DNA of 64,000 nt from Oscillospiraceae bacterium. GTDB lineage: Bacteria; Bacillota; Clostridia; Oscillospirales; CAG-272. The stretch spans positions 1,233 to 65,232 of the forward strand of contig SVSB01000006.1 of the NCBI GenBank assembly GCA_015064505.1, given 5' to 3'. The notes under the pieces were generated by a model. The model was not told where the DNA came from and did no database searches. It was given only the letters and a program-made list of their open reading frames with translations. The position numbers and the translations under genes are program-made. Positions 1-9,505 of this stretch are shown one piece after another (within the stretch, counting starts at the first letter, position 1; every line of letters starts with the position of its first letter).

Positions 1-279
1 AAGGGACTTTATACCGTTTTTGGTTGCCGCAAGAGCAACGCCCTGGGCGTGGTTACCTGCAGAGCAGGCAATAACGCCCTTTGCCTTTTCTTCATCGGAT
101 AGCATAGCTATCTTATATGCAGAGCCGCGCACCTTAAAGGAGCCCGTGATCTGCAGGTTTTCCGGCTTCAGATAAAGCTCGCAATGGGGGGCTATTCCGT
201 AAGCTCTTACCAATTTCGTTTCGCGGATAATGCTTTTAAGAACCGTTTGTGCGTTGAATACCTTGTCAAGTGATAACAT
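1..279 (-). CDS. ilvA: threonine ammonia-lyase (threonine dehydratase), N-terminal 93 codons; gene continues past the left edge
   Basis: Manual translation of the minus strand from ATG at 279 gives MLSLDKVFNAQTVLKSIIRETKLVRAYGIAPHCELYLKPENLQITGSFKVRGSAYKIAMLSDEEKAKGVIACSAGNHAQGVALAA. It has the PLP-lysine motif SFKVRG and the AGNHAQG motif of threonine/serine dehydratases. A purine-rich RBS (AAAGGAAAGG) and a T-box leader lie upstream. It is absent from the ORF track because it runs off the window. Confidence 0.8.
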   Translation of the reverse strand, partial: MLSLDKVFNAQTVLKSIIRETKLVRAYGIAPHCELYLKPENLQITGSFKVRGSAYKIAMLSDEEKAKGVIACSAGNHAQGVALAATKNGIKSL

Positions 280-321
280 TTCTTTTCCTTTCCTTTGTTT
301 TTTCATTGCGCCTTGGAGCGG

Positions 322-600
322 AAAACAAAAAACGCCCCAAAGCTTCTTGCTTTGAGACGGGTGTAATGTTCTTGCACTCGCGGTACCACTCAAATTGCGG
401 ATACGGGATCCGCCACCTCTTCGAAGTCGCAAAACTTCTATGCAATAACGCCGCATTCACGGAAGGCGCCTACCGAGAAAAGCTCATCGGACCTTCGGCT
501 CGGAAGTGATGGGAGCATTTGCGGGATTTTATCGGGATCGCACCGTCCCCGACTCTCTGAAAAACGCCCTGCAAAGTCCGTCTTCGTCACAGCCTTTAGT
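322..600 (-). promoter_or_regulatory. T-box riboswitch leader, probable Ile (AUC) specifier, controlling ilvA
   Basis: The minus-strand RNA contains a GA/K-turn motif (GUGACGA...CGAGCC), an AGAGAG box and a GGUGCGA distal loop. The T-box sequence AAUUUGAGUGGUACCGCG is at + strand 379-396. A terminator hairpin at about 333-363 is followed by a U-run at 322-332. The specifier candidate AUC-A is at 508-510. Confidence 0.8.
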
Positions 601-608
601 TGTTCCGT

Positions 609-637
609 ATTATAGCACCGCTCTTTTCGCATGTCAA
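609..637 (-). promoter_or_regulatory. sigma-A type promoter of the T-box/ilvA transcript
   Basis: Minus strand reads TTGACA (632-637), a 17-nt spacer, then TATAAT (609-614). Both hexamers match the consensus exactly. Confidence 0.7.
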
Positions 638-723
638 GGTTTTTTTGCGATTTTTTGTCTTGTAAATTGCAAATATACGTGTCGCAACTTGTTTTTTCGG
701 TAACTTTTTGATAGAATAATAAT

Positions 724-1569
724 ATGAGAAACGAAATTATTGAATTTTTACAAAAAGAAAATATTGAGCTGTACGGAGTTGTTGATGCGGAGAGCTGTAA
801 CGTGCGCCTTGAGCACGTGCTGAAGCGCGGAGGTTTTTCCGAAAAAGGAGAGGAAAACTACAGAAGGCCGCGATCCATACTGTGCCTTTGCTTTCCGTAT
901 TTTTTCGGCTTTCCCGAAAACTTCTCCGCTTATGCCTCATCCCCCGATTACCATAAATTCTGCGAGGATTTCTTTGCGCGATTCACTTCGTTGCTGACAG
1001 CAACGTATCCGCAGTACCGCTTCTGCGGTTTTGCGGACAAATCCCCCTACGACGAGGTGTACGCCGCATCCCTTGCGGGCCTTGGCAAGAGAGGTGACAA
1101 TATGCTGTTTTTAACGGATAAATATTCCTCCTTCGTCTTTCTCGGGGAGATTGTCTCAGATATGCCTGCAGAAGAATGGGAATGCGAGGCAAGAGCGGCG
1201 GCAGACCCGTGCCTTCACTGCGGAAAATGCAAAAAAGCTTGCCCCGGATATGCGGCAGATGAATTTTTCTGTCTTTCCGCTCTTACTCAGAAAAAGGGTG
1301 AGCTTACCCCCGAAGAGGCAGAGATGATCCGCAAGCACGGAAGCGCTTGGGGCTGTGACATCTGCCAGAAGGTGTGCCCCGTAACGGAAAAAGCTCTTGC
1401 AAGCGGCAGCATCTTCACTCCCATTGATTATTTTAAAACGGGCAGGACCGAACGTCTGACCCGAGAGCTTATTGAAAATATGAGCGACGAGGAATTCAAG
1501 TCGCGCGCATACTCCTGGCGCGGTAAGCAAACGGTATTGCGAAATCTTAAGATACTTGAAGAGGAATAA
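724..1569 (+). CDS. QueG-like epoxyqueuosine reductase family protein (DUF1730 plus two 4Fe-4S motifs)
   Basis: 281-aa ORF with two ferredoxin-type motifs, CLHCGKCKKACP and CDICQKVCP. The upstream region (PDYHKF...LAGLGKRGDNMLFLTDKYSSFVFLGEI) resembles QueG. It is shorter than canonical QueG and has a weak RBS. Confidence 0.55.
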   Translation: MRNEIIEFLQKENIELYGVVDAESCNVRLEHVLKRGGFSEKGEENYRRPRSILCLCFPYFFGFPENFSAYASSPDYHKFCEDFFARFTSLLTATYPQYRFCGFADKSPYDEVYAASLAGLGKRGDNMLFLTDKYSSFVFLGEIVSDMPAEEWECEARAAADPCLHCGKCKKACPGYAADEFFCLSALTQKKGELTPEEAEMIRKHGSAWGCDICQKVCPVTEKALASGSIFTPIDYFKTGRTERLTRELIENMSDEEFKSRAYSWRGKQTVLRNLKILEEE

Positions 1570-1571
1570 AA

Positions 1572-4500
1572 ATGCTTGAACTTTTATGCGGAGAACCCGG
1601 TAGCGGAAAAACCGAATACCTGATCAATAATGCAAAGAAGCTCCTCGAAGCAGATCCCGGCGCAAAGCTTCTCTTTATAGTGCCGGAGCAGGAAACCGTA
1701 AGTGCCGAGAGCCGAATTTTTTCCTGTCTCCCGCCATACGCCCCTCTCACGGTGGAGGTGGACAATTTTTCCCGTCTTGCGGATTCCGTTTTCCGCAAGG
1801 TTGGAGGAGTTGCGCGTGAGCACGTCGGCAAAAACGCAAAAAAGCTGTGCATGTGGAAAACTCTCAAGCTTTTCCCGAAGCAGGGCTGTTCGTACGAAAG
1901 CGTAAACTCCGTCCTTTCCACGGTAAACGAGCTTGCCTCCTGCGGAGCAACGCCCGAAAAGCTTGCGGCTGCCGCAGAAAGACTTGAGGGCGAAGAACGG
2001 CTTTCCGCTCTGCTTAAGGAATATTCGCTTATAAGCTCCGTCTATTCCGCATTCGTAACCGAAATAGGTTACGATGCACAGCGCGACGGTGAACAGCTGA
2101 ACGCCGCATTGATAAAGTATCCGTTATTTGCGGATACGGAGATAATAATAGACGGATTTACAAGCTTTACCGGTATTGAATACGAGATCATATCCCGACT
2201 TACGGAGCAGGCAAAAAAGGTTACCGTCACCTTGGGCGGAGATCCCGATTCCGACGACATATGGCTTGGGGAGATCAAGCAGTGCGCCGCTACCCTTGTG
2301 CAGAACGAGGAGAAAAACGGACGCAGCGTGACCTTCACGAAGCTTGAAGGCAATAAAAGAACCCTCGATCCCGAGCTTCTGAAGCTGTCAACCGAGCTAT
2401 GGAGCCGAAATGCGGAGATCTGTAATGGCGTGCCCCAAAGCATCCGTATCATCAATTGCCGCACGCCTATGGACGAGGCGGATACCCTTGCCTGCGATAT
2501 TGCAAGACTCATCAGGCAAGGTGTTAAATACAACGAGATCGCCGTTGCGGTGCGCAATATGGACGATTGGCGCGGCGTGCTTGATACTGCCCTTGAGGAT
2601 CACGGAATACCCGCGTTCATTTCCGCGGGAGATAAGCTGGAGGATCACTTTGCCGTTCGCTTCATCTGCCGTGCCGCGGCGGCCGTGAGCTTTGATAGGG
2701 ACAGCATTGCCGCAATGCTTAAAACAGGCTGTACCGGGCTTTCCGCAGACGATTGCGACCAGTATCTGAAATATGCAAAAACGTGGAAGATCGGCAAAAA
2801 GGACTACCTGAGCGACGTTGATTTCACCATGGATCCCGAGGGATACGTGGTGCGCGGAGAGCGAGTATCCAAGGGAACGGAATACGTGCTTGCTTCCGTC
2901 AACCGCGTACGCCGCAGGGTAAGAGAGCTTCTCTTCCCCATGTACGAGGCGCTTGCAAAGGACGGATGCACGGTAAAAGACGCATTTACCGAGCTTTACC
3001 GTTTTATTGAACGCGCTGAGCTGTGCCGTCGCCTGAAGAAAATGGCAAAAGAAGCCAAGGGCGAGGAAGCAAACCGTTACGCCCGCGTATGGAACGCTAT
3101 CCTTGCCGCTCTTGATACCGCCGTAAGCTCCGCAGGAGACGAAGCCGTTACAGCCACGGAGCTTTCTGTCCTCGCCCGACTCATTTTTTCGGACACCTCG
3201 CTCTCAGCAATACCCACAAGCACGGACGCGGTTACCGTGGGCAGCGCCGATATGCTGCGCATCTCCGGCGTGAAATACATGTACCTGGTCGGCGCCTGCG
3301 AGGGAGAATTCCCCGCATCCGTCACGGGCAAGGGTTTTCTTTCCCGCAGAGAGCAGCAGCTGCTTGAGAAAGAGGGCATTTCCCTTTCAAGGGACGTGAG
3401 TATGCTTGCAAGCCGCGAGCTTTACGTCTTCCGCCGCGCGCTGAGCTATGCCGGCTGCGGAGTAACGGTTCTCTACCACAGCGCCGATATGCGCGGAGAA
3501 AAATGCGTGCAGAGCTCTGCAGTCTCAAACATAAAAAAACTCTTCTGCAAACTTGGTGAGATCAAATCCGACGATCTTACGTACACGCTTTCCTCCGTGT
3601 GGGACGGCTACGGTGCCGCACGCACCCTTGGAATGACGAAGGACGCGGACCTTGCCGCTGCCATTGAAAAAGCCACGGGAACCACGGTTCCGAACAGATT
3701 CCTCCCCGCATTTACTCTTTCGGGGCAGGTATGCGACCTTCTCTTCGATAAGAGCCTGGATATGAGCCAGACGAGAGTGGAAAATTTTGCAAAATGCCAC
3801 TTTATGTACTTCTGCAGATTTATTCTTGATCTGAAGCCCGAGGCGGCTGCGGAATTTTCGTATTCCTCAAACGGCACTTACATACACGCGATGCTGGAGC
3901 GCCTTGTTCCCGAGATGAGCAAGGAAAAGCTCTCCGCCGAGGAAATAGCAAGCAGGATCGGCAAGTATTCCGAGGAGTACTTTAACTCCCTGATTCCCGA
4001 GCGTGACAGAAGCGACCCCCGACTTGCGGCTCAGTTCAAGCGAATGACAGACGCCGTCCGCCCCATTGCCGAATCCCTTGACGAGGAGCTTCGCTCTGCC
4101 GCCTTCGTTCCCGCAGGAGCGGAAATTGCCATCTCTGCAGACGAAGATGACCTGCCGCGCCCCATCAGCCTCCCCCTTGAAAACGGCAGAGAGCTTCGAC
4201 TTTTCGGAAGCGTGGACAGAGCCGATACCCTTCAAAGCGGTGAAGACACTTACGTGCGAGTTATAGATTATAAGACCAACGACAAGGTTTTCCGCCTGAA
4301 AAACGTGGAGGATGGCATCAACCTCCAGCTGCTTATTTACCTGCTGACTCTGTGCAAGGACACGAGACGCAGTTATCTTGACCGTATGGGCTGCAAGGGC
4401 GAAAGACTGCTGCCCGGCGGAATGCTTTATTGTGTTACAAAGCCGCCGGAGGTTTCCGTAAACACTCCCCCAAGCGAGGAGGAATACGCAAAGATGGTAA

Positions 4501-4799
4501 ACGGTGCCGCAAACACCCTTGGCATTGTTGTGGATACCGAGCCCGTGCTGAAGGCAACGGGCGAAAAACAGCTGCAAGGCTTTAAGCCGATAGAAGGCGA
4601 AAAGGACAGCCCGAGAATACTTCTTACCCCCGAGGAATTTGAGGAGCTTGGCAATAAGACCGAGGCAAAGCTTATAAAGATCGCAAACTCCCTTGCGAGC
4701 GGAAACGTACTGCCGCAGGGAGAAAACGGACCAAGCACCGCCTGCCAGTATTGCGATTACTATACCGTATGCGGAAAAATGAGAGAAAGGAGACGCTGA
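1572..4799 (+). CDS. addB: helicase-exonuclease AddAB, subunit B
   Basis: 1075 aa with an N-terminal Walker A (GEPGSGKT). The C-terminal nuclease/Fe-S domain ends with CQYCDYYTVC. It lies immediately upstream of addA. Confidence 0.9.
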   Translation: MLELLCGEPGSGKTEYLINNAKKLLEADPGAKLLFIVPEQETVSAESRIFSCLPPYAPLTVEVDNFSRLADSVFRKVGGVAREHVGKNAKKLCMWKTLKLFPKQGCSYESVNSVLSTVNELASCGATPEKLAAAAERLEGEERLSALLKEYSLISSVYSAFVTEIGYDAQRDGEQLNAALIKYPLFADTEIIIDGFTSFTGIEYEIISRLTEQAKKVTVTLGGDPDSDDIWLGEIKQCAATLVQNEEKNGRSVTFTKLEGNKRTLDPELLKLSTELWSRNAEICNGVPQSIRIINCRTPMDEADTLACDIARLIRQGVKYNEIAVAVRNMDDWRGVLDTALEDHGIPAFISAGDKLEDHFAVRFICRAAAAVSFDRDSIAAMLKTGCTGLSADDCDQYLKYAKTWKIGKKDYLSDVDFTMDPEGYVVRGERVSKGTEYVLASVNRVRRRVRELLFPMYEALAKDGCTVKDAFTELYRFIERAELCRRLKKMAKEAKGEEANRYARVWNAILAALDTAVSSAGDEAVTATELSVLARLIFSDTSLSAIPTSTDAVTVGSADMLRISGVKYMYLVGACEGEFPASVTGKGFLSRREQQLLEKEGISLSRDVSMLASRELYVFRRALSYAGCGVTVLYHSADMRGEKCVQSSAVSNIKKLFCKLGEIKSDDLTYTLSSVWDGYGAARTLGMTKDADLAAAIEKATGTTVPNRFLPAFTLSGQVCDLLFDKSLDMSQTRVENFAKCHFMYFCRFILDLKPEAAAEFSYSSNGTYIHAMLERLVPEMSKEKLSAEEIASRIGKYSEEYFNSLIPERDRSDPRLAAQFKRMTDAVRPIAESLDEELRSAAFVPAGAEIAISADEDDLPRPISLPLENGRELRLFGSVDRADTLQSGEDTYVRVIDYKTNDKVFRLKNVEDGINLQLLIYLLTLCKDTRRSYLDRMGCKGERLLPGGMLYCVTKPPEVSVNTPPSEEEYAKMVNGAANTLGIVVDTEPVLKATGEKQLQGFKPIEGEKDSPRILLTPEEFEELGNKTEAKLIKIANSLASGNVLPQGENGPSTACQYCDYYTVCGKMRERRR

Positions 4800-4801
4800 A
4801 C

Positions 4802-7800
4802 ATGGGTACACCTTGGACCTCCGAGCAATTAAGAGCAATAGAAAGTCCGGCGCGCAAAATGCTGGTATGCGCGGCGGCGGGATCGGGAAAAACTGCCGTT
4901 CTTACCGAAAAGATAATCCGCTACGTATGCGATAAGGATAACCCGGGCAACGTTTCCCGTATCCTCGTTGTAACCTTCACTCGCGCCTCAGCCGCAGATC
5001 TGCGCAGTAAAATACGCTCGGCTCTTGAGGAAAAGCTGGCAGAGGAGCCCTCCGAGCATCTTGCCCGCGAGGTGCTTGCGGTTTCCGGCGCAAGAATATC
5101 AACCATTCACAGCTTCTGCTACGATCTCATCCGCGCCGAGGGCGCCGCTCTCGGCGTTTCCGGTAACGTGCGCCTTATGGATGAGAATGAAGAAAAACAG
5201 CTTATGCAAGGCGTTATGGAGGATACCATTCGGGAAAGATATACGGTATCCCCCACCTTTGGCAATCTTGTGGAATCGCTCGTTGGATACAGGAACGATT
5301 CCCTGCTCGGCGGCAGCTTGATGGAGCTTTACGACAAGCTCGTCAATCTGCCCAAGGGAATCGAGTTCGTGCGGGAATGTGCAGAAAAAGAAGCGCTTGC
5401 GGCAAAAAACGACTTTTTCCTTTCCGAAAGCGGGGCGGCGGTAGCAAGAGATATTATCAGTACCCTGCTGTTATTTAAAAAGAGATACGACCGAACCCTG
5501 GAGCTCATCCCCCCGGAGCATCATTATTATTCCCCCGTTACGGCCGATCTGAACGGACTCAACGCATTGATAAACGCACTTTCCTCTTCTTATTCCGACT
5601 CAAGAAACGCCTATTTTGATGCAAAAACCTTTATAAAGCTCCCTTCAAACGGAATGAAGGGCTACGATGCCGAAAAGACCGCTTTCAAAACTCTTCGCGC
5701 CCGCTATAAGAACTATCTGTCCTCGCTTGATGCGCTGTTTGCCCAGACGCCCGAGGAGGCGGCTTACTGCCTTGCAAGACATTCGGAGATGCTTTTTGAG
5801 CTTTACGAGACGGAAAAGGCCTTTGAAAGCAGGCTTAACGCGGCAAAAAGAAAGGCAGACGTATGCTCCTTTGCAGATCTTGAGCAGCTTTCCGTTAAGC
5901 TTCTTTATAACGGTGACGGTACCTTCTCCCACGTTGCAAGATCGGTATCCCAGTGCTTTGATATGGTGTTTATAGACGAATATCAGGACGTAAACGAGAC
6001 CCAGAGAATGATATTCGACGCGGTATCCTGTGATTCAAGGTGCTTCCGAGTCGGAGATATCAAGCAGAACATATACGCCTTCCGCGGCTCCGACCCCGCA
6101 ATAATCGACAGACTTCGCCAGGAATACGAAACGGACGGGCTAGCCGAAACCGAGAACGTGTTTATGTCCAGCAACTTCCGCAGCAGTAAAACGGTGCTTG
6201 ATTACGTTAACGAGGTATTCGAGCCGCTGTTCCGCGGAGGCAAATTCAGATACGAGGACAGCGATAAGCTGCATTGCGGCAAAAAGGATAAGGACTTTTC
6301 AAAGGAAGCCAAGGTAACTCTGCTTATGTGCCTGAACGGCAGTAAGAAGGAAGGCACCTACGCCGTTCCCGAGGAGGTTGCGGTTGCCGACGAAATAGAA
6401 AGAATTGTTGGCAAGGTGACGCTTGAAAACGGAAAAACCATAAAATATGGCAACATTGCTCTTCTTTTCCGTAACTATTCCACCCACGCGGCACCGTTTA
6501 TAAAGGAGCTTGAGCGAAGGGGTATACCCGTTTCCGTAAAAGGAAAACGCAGTCTGTTTGCCCAATCCCACGTTTCCCTCGTGCTTAATATTCTGCAGAC
6601 CGCCGATAACCCCATGAAGGACATTCCGCTTTGCGCGGTTCTCTTCTCCCCCGTTTTTCGTATGACTGCAGATATGCTTGCCATAGCAAAAAAGGAAGGA
6701 CGAGGAACCCTTTGGCAGTGCCTTAAAGCCGCAAGCGAAAAACATGGCGGTATTTATACCGTTGCTTATGATAAAATAAGCCAATGGAGAGAGCTTGCAA
6801 GAACCGAAAGCTGTGACGGCTTTTTGAGAAAGCTCTACACCTCCGACGGCATACGCCCACTGCTTATTGCTCAGGCAGAAAAGGACTTTGAAAAGCGCAA
6901 CGTGGACGACGATCTGAATCTTATATACGATATGGCGCGCAGCTTCAGCTCCTCGGGTAATAAGGATCTTTCCGCGTTCGTTGCGGATCTGGAGGAGGCT
7001 TCAAAGAAAAACCTCAAGGTTCCCGGCAACTCCGGCAGCGAGAACAGCGTAACCGTTATGTCCTCCCACGGATCAAAGGGGCTTGAGTTTCCCGTTTGCT
7101 TCGTTTGCAAGGCAAACGCAGGTAAAAGCAGAGGCGACTCCACCAACCGTCTGCAGTTTACCGCAGAGGGCGGTGTTGGTATTCCCCTGACGGATCCCAG
7201 AGGCTTCGTGCTTATAAACACCCCCACAAGAGAGGCACTTCGTCTTTCCGCCATTTCAGCGGAAACCGGCGAGGAGGAAAGAATTCTTTACGTTGCTCTT
7301 ACCCGCGCAATGGAAAGGCTTTACGTTACCGCAGGCTCGGTAAAACCGGATGCGGAATACGAGGCGGAATGCGAGCTTCTCTACGGAGGACTCAATCTGC
7401 CCTGCGGTGATACGAATATCCTCCACGTTACGCTGAGAGCGGCAAAAAATCTTCCCCGCATTACCAATTGCATCACGGTAATGCCAACGGCCGAGGATCC
7501 CGCACTCACAACGGCACCTGCGGCAGAACCGGAGAAAAAGCCGCCCGTTGATGAGAAAAAGGCGCAGGCTATGGCAAAGACGATCGTATCGAGACTTGCG
7601 TTTGAATACCCCGAACCTTACCTTTCCCGCATTCCCGCAAAGATATCGGTTTCCGATCTTTCTCCATCTGTGCTTAACGAGGCTATGCCCTCGCAAAGCG
7701 AAGGAGAGGCTGAGCTTGCCACCATCGGAAAGGCAGATCTCACCGATTTTGCAGATGCTCCCGCGTTTATAAGAAGCGGCTCTGCCGTCAGCGCAACCGA

Positions 7801-8347
7801 GGCAGGAACCGCAACCCACCAATTCCTGCAGTTCTGCGATATAGGAAACGCAAGGCTAAACGGTGTGGAAGCAGAAGCCGACAGGCTTACCGATCTTGGA
7901 TTTATCAGCGAGAGGCAAAGAGGATGCTTGCGCATAGACGAGCTTGTGACATTTATAAACAGTCCCTTCGCAAGCAGGATAGACAAAGCAAACTCCGCGA
8001 AACGCGAATTTCGCTTCAATTGCTTTATGCCCGCACATAAGCTGACGGATTCAGAGAAGCTCAGCGATCTTCTTAAAGGACGTCAGCTTGCGGTGCAAGG
8101 CGTTATAGACGGTTTCTTCCTTGAGGGTGACAAGGTCTATCTCTTTGATTATAAGACCGACAGGGTCCCCAAGGGAAAAAGCAAAGAGGAAGCAAAGGAA
8201 ATTTTTGCCGAACGGTATCGCTGGCAGCTTTCCTGCTATGCCGAGGCACTCAAGAGAATTTTCTCAAGAAAAATCAGCGGAGCACTGATCTATTCAACCG
8301 CTCTCGGTGAAGCTTTTGAAGTTAATGCGGATATGCTTGATGACTAA
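4802..8347 (+). CDS. addA: helicase-exonuclease AddAB, subunit A (UvrD-like helicase plus RecB-type nuclease)
   Basis: Start moved to ATG 4802 (MGTPWTSEQLRAIES) behind an AAAGGAGA RBS. UvrD motifs are AAAGSGKT, FIDEYQD and VALTRA. The C-terminal PD-(D/E)xK region has GVIDGFF...LFDYKTD. Confidence 0.9.
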   Translation: MGTPWTSEQLRAIESPARKMLVCAAAGSGKTAVLTEKIIRYVCDKDNPGNVSRILVVTFTRASAADLRSKIRSALEEKLAEEPSEHLAREVLAVSGARISTIHSFCYDLIRAEGAALGVSGNVRLMDENEEKQLMQGVMEDTIRERYTVSPTFGNLVESLVGYRNDSLLGGSLMELYDKLVNLPKGIEFVRECAEKEALAAKNDFFLSESGAAVARDIISTLLLFKKRYDRTLELIPPEHHYYSPVTADLNGLNALINALSSSYSDSRNAYFDAKTFIKLPSNGMKGYDAEKTAFKTLRARYKNYLSSLDALFAQTPEEAAYCLARHSEMLFELYETEKAFESRLNAAKRKADVCSFADLEQLSVKLLYNGDGTFSHVARSVSQCFDMVFIDEYQDVNETQRMIFDAVSCDSRCFRVGDIKQNIYAFRGSDPAIIDRLRQEYETDGLAETENVFMSSNFRSSKTVLDYVNEVFEPLFRGGKFRYEDSDKLHCGKKDKDFSKEAKVTLLMCLNGSKKEGTYAVPEEVAVADEIERIVGKVTLENGKTIKYGNIALLFRNYSTHAAPFIKELERRGIPVSVKGKRSLFAQSHVSLVLNILQTADNPMKDIPLCAVLFSPVFRMTADMLAIAKKEGRGTLWQCLKAASEKHGGIYTVAYDKISQWRELARTESCDGFLRKLYTSDGIRPLLIAQAEKDFEKRNVDDDLNLIYDMARSFSSSGNKDLSAFVADLEEASKKNLKVPGNSGSENSVTVMSSHGSKGLEFPVCFVCKANAGKSRGDSTNRLQFTAEGGVGIPLTDPRGFVLINTPTREALRLSAISAETGEEERILYVALTRAMERLYVTAGSVKPDAEYEAECELLYGGLNLPCGDTNILHVTLRAAKNLPRITNCITVMPTAEDPALTTAPAAEPEKKPPVDEKKAQAMAKTIVSRLAFEYPEPYLSRIPAKISVSDLSPSVLNEAMPSQSEGEAELATIGKADLTDFADAPAFIRSGSAVSATEAGTATHQFLQFCDIGNARLNGVEAEADRLTDLGFISERQRGCLRIDELVTFINSPFASRIDKANSAKREFRFNCFMPAHKLTDSEKLSDLLKGRQLAVQGVIDGFFLEGDKVYLFDYKTDRVPKGKSKEEAKEIFAERYRWQLSCYAEALKRIFSRKISGALIYSTALGEAFEVNADMLDD

Positions 8348-8454
8348 AACGCCACCAAAAGCGGCAATGTTTACAAATTGTCCATTTTTATTGCTTTTAT
8401 TGGTTGTATAATGTAAAAGGTAAAGTGTGTAAGGGCTCGGCTTGTTTTGCAGGT

Positions 8455-8590
8455 CGAGCCGCTTGCAAGGAAGTAACGAAGTACGATAACCTCTCTCGAA
8501 GAAAAATCTTCGTAGACGAGGTATGACGAAGCAAGCAAGGCGAAGGCTTACTTCCGTAAGCCGAGCCGCTTGCAAGGAAGTAACGAAGTA
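8455..8590. repeat. perfect 29-bp direct repeat pair flanking a hairpin
   Basis: CGAGCCGCTTGCAAGGAAGTAACGAAGTA occurs at 8455-8483 and again at 8562-8590. The hairpin ACCTCTCTCGAAGA-AAAA-TCTTCGTAGACGAGGT lies at 8489-8522 between the copies. Confidence 0.85.
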
Positions 8591-8617
8591 TACGGAGATT
8601 TTTCAAAGAGAGAAGAT

Positions 8618-9505
8618 ATGTTTGGGTATGTTAAAGCATATATCCCGGAGCTTAAAGTCAAGGAATACGAGCTTTACCGCGCGGGCTACTGCGGGGTATG
8701 CCGTGCTATGGGAAAATGCACGGGCTGTTTGTCAAGGCTTACGCTTACGTGGGACTCCGTATTTTTGTTTTTCTTAAGAACGGCACTGACGCGTGACAGC
8801 TTTGATACCGATAAGAAGGCTTGCATTGCCCATCCGCTGAGACGGCGGCCTTATTTGCTCAATTCCCCACAGCTTGATTACTGCGCCTCCGCAACTGCGG
8901 TTATGACCTATTACAAGCTTAAGGACGATATAAGCGACGAGCGGGGATTTCGCAATCTTGCCGCAAGGCTTGCAATGCTTGAGGCGGCACCCGCCAAAAG
9001 AAGAGCGAAGAACGACGAGCTGTGCGCCGCCTGCGAAAGACTACTGCCGGAGCTTGCAAAAGCGGAAAAAGAAAACGTCCCCTCCTTTGATCTTCCTGCG
9101 GATATATCTGCAAGGCTTACTGCAGAGCTGTTTGCCTGCGGATTTGAAAAAGGAAGCAAGGAAGAGATCCTTTCCCGCGAGATCGGATATCACACGGGCA
9201 AGTTCATCTACGCGGCAGACGCCGCAGACGATCTTGCCGCAGATGCCCGAAAAAAACGGTATAACCCCTACCTTGCGATGCTCGGCACGAGCGAGCTTAC
9301 CGAGGAGCATCGCTTAATGATACGCGACTCTCTGCGATGCGAGACGGGAAGAATACTGCAGGCGCTGGATCTGGTGGACTTTGACGGTATTGAAGGCATA
9401 AAAGCCATTCTCTACAACATTGCGATCTTCGGAATGAACCGACGAGCAGAGGAAATACTTAACCCTGAAAGCAAAAAGGACAAAAAGAATGAGCGATCCA
9501 TATAA
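8618..9505 (+). CDS. DUF5685-like protein (function unknown)
   Basis: Start set at ATG 8618 ([37 protein letters not shown]). From memory, this N-terminus with CxxC...CxxC matches DUF5685 proteins of Firmicutes. The 3-prime end overlaps the next gene by 17 nt. Confidence 0.6.
   Translation: MFGYVKAYIPELKVKEYELYRAGYCGVCRAMGKCTGCLSRLTLTWDSVFLFFLRTALTRDSFDTDKKACIAHPLRRRPYLLNSPQLDYCASATAVMTYYKLKDDISDERGFRNLAARLAMLEAAPAKRRAKNDELCAACERLLPELAKAEKENVPSFDLPADISARLTAELFACGFEKGSKEEILSREIGYHTGKFIYAADAADDLAADARKKRYNPYLAMLGTSELTEEHRLMIRDSLRCETGRILQALDLVDFDGIEGIKAILYNIAIFGMNRRAEEILNPESKKDKKNERSI

Noticed and set aside
266-703. Four ORFs of 64-79 aa overlapping each other
   Set aside because: They lie across the T-box leader and its promoter, and the RNA signals explain the region completely.
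8523-8777. 84-aa ORF, and the TTG start at 8570 for the DUF5685-like gene
   Set aside because: Both begin inside the repeated, hairpin-rich leader. The ATG at 8618 yields the MFGYV N-terminus that I associate with this family.
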